A DNA stretch of 63,996 nt, the filler included, from Aduncisulcus paluster (Eukaryota), in the NCBI GenBank assembly GCA_024181965.1. It is 7 parts of 7 records of this genome, joined end to end, with 100 filler letters (N's around TTAATTAATTAA, not from the genome) between each part and the next. Parts side by side here need not be neighbours in the genome. Positions count along the whole stretch, not along the records: positions 58,374 to 60,060 come from BQXS01012463.1; positions 60,161 to 63,996 come from BQXS01012464.1; 5 more parts are not named here. The stretch is one strand, 5' to 3'. The notes beneath the pieces were generated by a model. The model saw nothing but the letters and a program-made list of their open reading frames with translations, did not search any database and was not told the origin of the DNA. The first letter of the stretch is position 1, and each line of letters begins with the position of its first letter. The translations under genes were made by a program, and so were the position numbers. Of this stretch, positions 58,866-63,996 are shown piece after piece.

Positions 58866-58943
58866 TGTTTGACGTTAGCAATTTATTCAATAAATGTGAT
58901 CGGAGTGATCAAGGTTCTATAAATAGATCGCTGAGAAGTTACA
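58866..58943 (-). repeat. 3' LTR, 78 bp
   Basis: Minus strand TGTAACTTCTC...TATTTATA...AATAAATTGCTAACGTCAAACA, bounded by the PPT and the RT breakpoint. Confidence 0.75.
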
Positions 58944-59060
58944 CTTCCCCCTCTAGAGCTTGATCACCGATCAACACTCGTCCTAGATCATGTCCTTAAA
59001 TCCTATGACCTTGTTCCATTTTAATTACATACCTTATTATTATTATTATTATTATTTTCT

Positions 59061-59155
59061 AATATGAGTCGGATAGCTCAATGTGTATGACTCCTGGTCA
59101 TACTTCCTTAAGCTATTTCAGCGCGCGGGTTCGAATCCCGACTTTCTCATATTTT
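59061..59155 (+). ncRNA. Pol III-type structured RNA candidate (A box, B box, panhandle, TTTT); repeated at 59434-59528 across the gap
   Basis: TAGCTCAATG A-box-like motif, GGTTCGAATCC B box, nested stems, no valid cloverleaf. Confidence 0.55.
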
Positions 59156-59644
59156 CCAAGAATTCTTAGTTTTTGTTATCTTCCTTCTTGCTATCACAGA
59201 ATCCTTTAATTTCTTCTAGAACACTCTGTAGCCTTATAATTACTTCTTTTCTTTCCATANNNNNNNNNNNNNNNNNNNNCAAGGTTCTATAAATAGATCG
59301 CTGAGAAGTTACACTTCCCCCTCTAGAGCTTGATCACCGATCAACACTCGTCCTAGATCATGTCCTTAAATCCTATGACCTTGTTCCATTTTAATTACAT
59401 ACCTTATTATTATTATTATTATTATTATTTTCTAATATGAGTCGGATAGCTCAATGTGTATGACTCCTGGTCATACTTCCTTAAGCTATTTCAGCGCGCG
59501 GGTTCGAATCCCGACTTTCTCATATTTTCCAAGAATTCTTAGTTTTTGTTATCTTCCTTCTTGCTATCACAGAATCCTTTAATTTCTTCTAGAACACTCT
59601 GTAGCCTTATAATTACTTCTTTTCTTTCCATAATCCTTTTCAAA

Positions 59645-60060
59645 TTAAGCAATTTCTTCATTCCCTTCCAAATATTTATCCAGAGCCTCACAATCTTCCA
59701 CTGTGGGAAAATATTCCCATGTATTGTGTTCTTCTGTGTAGTTTTTCCATTTCACGAGGAATTTTATAGGTAATTTGCCCCCATGACGGTGTCTTAAGAT
59801 TTTTTCAACTATGTATTCTTCCTCGTCTTTCCCATTGATGCTTATTTCCTCTTTTTCTGAAACAAATGGGTCCTCGACGTATTTAACCATTCGCCTTACT
59901 GGTATAATGTCTTCTTCACCTCCTTTTACCGGAACAACTTTGTATTTGTTATCAGTGATTTTTTCTTTCACAATAAATGGTCCATTCAGCGGTGCTTTCT
60001 CCTTTTTACCTTGTTTCGGTTTGGATAATAGGATTTTTTCCCCTATTTCAAATTTTTCCG
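59645..60060 (-). CDS. Integrase C-terminus with GPY/F region and chromodomain (partial)
   Basis: NGPFIVKEKITDNKYKV...EEEYIVEKILRHRH...FLVKWKNYTEEHNTWEY. Confidence 0.9.
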
Positions 60061-60160
60061 NNNNNNNNNNNNNNNNNNNNNNNNNNNNNNNNNNNNNNNN
60101 NNNNTTAATTAATTAANNNNNNNNNNNNNNNNNNNNNNNNNNNNNNNNNNNNNNNNNNNN

Positions 60161-60819
60161 ATCATCCCATTTTTAATAAATTTGACAAAAATACTCGCAT
60201 TCTCATCGACTATCTTAGTATACGTTTCCTTGATAATGCCTTTCTCATTCAAGACATTGTACCACATTGGGATAGTATCATGATGTGTGCCCGCATGACG
60301 TTCAGAAAATTCAAAAATAAAACGACGGATTGATTCTGGATCGTGTGATGAAGCATGTAAAGAACCTCTCCTAGGAGGATTTTTGAATGCTTTTGGGCCG
60401 ATTAAATCACCCCAACCTCTTTGAATGAGCATCATCTCGACACTATCAAGCTGAGAAGCGACATTTTTTTCCATTTCTGTGAGTACCAACTTGTCAGGGG
60501 AATAACCCAACAAATCAGTGAATACGGCCTTTGCCAGAGCTTCGTTGAATAGCTCGGACATAAGTTTGTTCTTTTCGATGATATTATATCTTCCTTTCAG
60601 GAGGAGATTCATGATGGACACAGCGATCGACCCGAGTTCAATGAGATTTTCTATGTTCTTGAATACTCCATCCAAAGGATAAAGATGTGGATTATTGTCA
60701 GTGAACATGTCATACAAGATATCGGCAATGAAATTCATGTTTTGAAATGGAACAATGTTAACCTCTGAGGAAGAAATTAGACACCTAGGATCACGACTGT
60801 CTGTCATAAATTCATACAT
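60161..60819 (-). CDS. Hypothetical protein fragment
   Basis: About 220-aa open frame running into the linker; no motif recognised. Confidence 0.4.
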
Positions 60820-61170
60820 GTATCCCGCAATAATAACACAGATCAGCGAGAATAGTCGCTATTTCCATCATTTGTTCATTTCAGATAATGTTCTTAATCA
60901 TCATGGAATATCCTCGTAGTTCCAATAACATCTTCATGTCGACTCACAATATCTTCGGCAGAAAGAAGTTTATCGCTCGAATGGGCTGAATGAATAGTTG
61001 GTAACACAAAGGAAGCAAGTATGAACACTGACACTCACACTGCTACCATCTTCCAAACTTAGACTCCCATCAGTGTCTCCATGAATGATTGGTTGAGGAT
61101 CAAAAGAATCAGAGATTGGACGATCTCTTGTCATAGTTTGCTTTTTCCTAACTTCAGGACATAGGATCAC

Positions 61171-61569
61171 TCAAAACTTCAGGAAGAACAGATGGAACAG
61201 ATTGAACAGGAACTTGATCGATGAAATGCGAGTGATCTCTTGGGAAGAAGAATTTGACGACAGTCCCATGGAAATTAGTTCCAGCGATGTAAGATTATTT
61301 GCGCCGACCTGAACGTCGAAAGCCTCTTGAGTTATATTTGGAGTATTACTCATAAACAGAGATTTTATCGAAGAAGGCAACAATAGTGTTGTATTGGGGT
61401 CTTCTTCAAGAATAATGGAAGTGGAACTAATGCCAAGAGAATTGAGTGGAACTTGAGATAAATTTGGGAGGTTGGATAATAATAAATTGGAAGAAATATT
61501 TAATTTCTCAAGGTTGGTCAAAGTTGAGAATAATGAAAGATTTGAAAAATCCGTCAACAAATTATTCAT
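61171..61569 (-). pseudogene. LRR gene fragment
   Basis: LTNLEKLNISSNLLLSNLPNLSQVPLNSLGISS repeats; no signal peptide; short and isolated. Confidence 0.55.
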
Positions 61570-61787
61570 TAAGTTGAACGATTTAATCGAACCAAGATGA
61601 GTTCAAAACACCACAGATCCCTTCTAATGTTGTGGTGGTAGCTAGAGATTCGAGCTAAGGTTCTTCAATTGGTTTTAGAATATGCCTTGATTTGTGTTTC
61701 TTTTTATCCTTCTTCTTTTCCCTCATTGTCTTATGTGAGTCACTTTCAACTGTTGAAAATGAACTTAGTTCCAATGGGTTGGAATAT

Positions 61788-63996
61788 TCAAATGAGTTTT
61801 CTCCCTTTTCTTCTTTCCTCCTCTTTTGTTTGTGATCTTTCATTCTTCTTCTTCTTCTTCATCTTCTTCTTTCTCTCCTTCTTTTCCATCTTTCTTTCAG
61901 TGTCACCTTCCTCTTCACCTTCCTTAAGCTTCGATTTCTTCACTCTCCTCTTTATAGTTACCGTTTTTTCAGCCCTGGTATAATCAACTGAGGCTTCATG
62001 TTCTTGCAAGGAATCTTGCGGTAAGGATAAGAATGCATCATCTCTTACCTGGACAACTGTCGCAATGGTCTCATCGATGACTGAGATTTGGGAAGGAGAA
62101 GGCCCGGCTAGTTCATTTTGATTAGCAATATTTCCTTTATCTCCATTCACATGCTTCAAACGTAACCACAGAGAAAACCCAAAAATGCTAAAACAAATGG
62201 AAATAAACAACAGTATGGAAAAAATCCATGCTAATATTTTCAATGCATTGCTATCCTCTTCACTACACATTGTACCATACCACCCATCATCACACGCACA
62301 CTGATATTGAATACTTGAAGCATTATTGGAATCACTGGAATCATACGAGTAACACACTCCATGCGATGAACACAGAGAGGATGGATCTGCATTGCTTTCT
62401 GTGTAAGTATCCATACTCACTCCACACATGTCAACAGAGCATGATGATGCTGATGATGAGACTGTTGAACTAACATTCCCCCATCCATACTCACACTTAC
62501 ACATGGCCGTGAAACTATCTTCTCCTTCACCAAGAACACATGTGCCATGACTATCCGTGGTTGTGCCACAGGTCAAGCAAGCAGTGTCATTTCCAGCAAT
62601 GTCCTTGTAATAAGGGTGAGTCACAGGATCAATGCATGTGGATGTGGATGCATCAGTGATGAGACCATAGGAGGAACAGTCACAGGAATATGTATCAGTG
62701 TCTGATGAATAGATTGCATAGGCTGAATATGATGAAGATGGATCTGTGGAGTAATTAACTCCACACACATAATCAACGATAGTTGGGTTTGTTTCATCAT
62801 CATCATTCACATACTCAACAGTCTCAACAGGATATTGGGAAGAACATGTTGACCCATTCCATCCAGCATCACACTTACAATACAATGTCTCAGAATAATC
62901 AGAAAATAGATCACCAACAGCACATCGACCATGCAGACCACATCTTGACAAACTATCACAATAGAGGTTACATGCTGACCCATAATACTCAGACTCACAC
63001 ACACATGTATGGGTGGCAGCATCACATGTTCCACGAGAAGATCCACTGCACAAACCAAGATCATCAGAAACAGGACAAAGGGACGCACAATCAGTTCCAT
63101 ACCATCCATCTGAACACTCACAGAATAGTGGGGAGGATTCATCACCAGAGTCAGAGTCAGCATCATACACACATGTACCACGCTCACCACCACAGTTGGA
63201 GCATGCAGAAGAAGAAGAAGAAGAAGAAGAAGAAGAAGCTAACACACATTCACCAGAGGATATGTCTTCATAGTATCCTGACCCACAGATGCATGCCAAC
63301 TCAGTATCATCCACATCATCCACAGAGTAATCAACTCCACACACACGATGATCTTCCAGATATGAACATGATGATGAAGAGGAAGATGAAGAAGAAGAGT
63401 CAGATCCACATGCAGACGTCGTATCCTGGGAAACGAATCCGGACGGGTCATCCACATCTCCGAACACAATTTCAACACCATCTCCTGACAAATCTCGCTC
63501 ACACAGTTCATCAAGGGTTTCGAAACATTCAGACACAGTCGACCCACAATCAAGTCTATTGTCACTCACATCAACATATGCGACATTCTCAAGACCATCA
63601 ATAGCTTGTTGCAACAGAACTAGGTCAGAGATGGAGTTGTCACTCAGAGTCAGATGTGTCACACCAGAGAGACCAGGCTGCAGTGAAACGATGGTAGGGT
63701 CAGAGATACCATTGGAGGACAGATCAAGATGTGTCAGAGTGGATGACAATGGATACACTTTCGTTCCATCAGAAGAAGAGGCATCATCATAACTGTCGAC
63801 ACACTGACCACTGCACATGGCAATGTTGTTCAGCAAAGAAGTGAATGATGACAGGTCGGAACCAACGGAATCATCACTCCCACTGATCTCCAAGGAACGC
63901 AACGAACACAGACCAACACAGTACGATTCAGACGTTCCATTCCAGCGTGAAGTGTCAGACTCAAGATCCATCTTCAGAGCACCGATAGCATCCGTC
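61788..63996 (-). CDS. LRR + EGF-repeat type I surface protein (5' end beyond the window)
   Basis: LRRs (LTHLDLSSNGISD), multiple tenascin-type EGF repeats (CECSDGWYGTDC), TM helix ILAWIFSILLFISICFSIFGFSLWL, Lys-rich tail. Confidence 0.9.
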   Translation of the reverse strand, partial: TDAIGALKMDLESDTSRWNGTSESYCVGLCSLRSLEISGSDDSVGSDLSSFTSLLNNIAMCSGQCVDSYDDASSSDGTKVYPLSSTLTHLDLSSNGISDPTIVSLQPGLSGVTHLTLSDNSISDLVLLQQAIDGLENVAYVDVSDNRLDCGSTVSECFETLDELCERDLSGDGVEIVFGDVDDPSGFVSQDTTSACGSDSSSSSSSSSSCSYLEDHRVCGVDYSVDDVDDTELACICGSGYYEDISSGECVLASSSSSSSSSSACSNCGGERGTCVYDADSDSGDESSPLFCECSDGWYGTDCASLCPVSDDLGLCSGSSRGTCDAATHTCVCESEYYGSACNLYCDSLSRCGLHGRCAVGDLFSDYSETLYCKCDAGWNGSTCSSQYPVETVEYVNDDDETNPTIVDYVCGVNYSTDPSSSYSAYAIYSSDTDTYSCDCSSYGLITDASTSTCIDPVTHPYYKDIAGNDTACLTCGTTTDSHGTCVLGEGEDSFTAMCKCEYGWGNVSSTVSSSASSCSVDMCGVSMDTYTESNADPSSLCSSHGVCYSYDSSDSNNASSIQYQCACDDGWYGTMCSEEDSNALKILAWIFSILLFISICFSIFGFSLWLRLKHVNGDKGNIANQNELAGPSPSQISVIDETIATVVQVRDDAFLSLPQDSLQEHEASVDYTRAEKTVTIKRRVKKSKLKEGEEEGDTERKMEKKERKKKMKKKKKNERSQTKEEERRKGRKLI

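Larger units (their letters stand above)
58866..60060 (-). mobile_element. 3' end of a chromodomain Ty3/Gypsy retrotransposon: integrase tail, 3' UTR, PPT, 3' LTR
   Basis: GPF motif plus chromodomain, then PPT AGAGGGGGAAG (58944-58954) abutting a TGT...ACA LTR. Confidence 0.85.

Noticed and set aside
59061..59155. Canonical tRNA or suppressor tRNA call
   Set aside because: The acceptor stem does not pair in tRNA register and there is no 7-nt anticodon loop; kept only as an ncRNA candidate.
17563..60160. Recurring TTAATTAATTAA motif, and gene neighbourhoods that cross it
   Set aside because: Artificial six-frame-stop linker; adjacency across it carries no information.

Overview
AT-rich, gene-dense eukaryotic (protist) draft assembly using the standard code, with short GTATGT..AG introns. 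The lineage-specific ~340-aa helical repeat proteins and LRR/EGF surface proteins resemble a Carpediemonas-like fornicate such as Aduncisulcus (inference from memory, not a search). The window is seven unrelated scaffolds joined by artificial 100-bp N/TTAATTAATTAA linkers, and five of its six 20-N gaps have duplicated flanks. From 1 to 40.9 kb are mostly housekeeping genes: a kinase, an SLC13/DASS transporter, PRMT, NAA20, a calcineurin B-like protein, delta-tubulin, MORN5, an RJL GTPase, VPS18, a tri-longin protein and two tRNAs. This stretch also holds a repeated OTU-protease-carrying element end, a frameshifted metallo-beta-lactamase gene and a possibly domesticated Sola-type transposase. 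The most unusual scaffold (45.8-55.6 kb) is a spacer-free mosaic of short, scrambled, same-strand fragments of Fanzor1 (TnpB-like RNA-guided nuclease), Tc1/IS630 and CMC-type transposase genes. At 58.4-60.1 kb a chromodomain Ty3/Gypsy element with a 78-bp LTR is nested in another Gypsy RT and carries an antisense Pol III-type (A box/B box, panhandle) RNA cassette in its 3' UTR.
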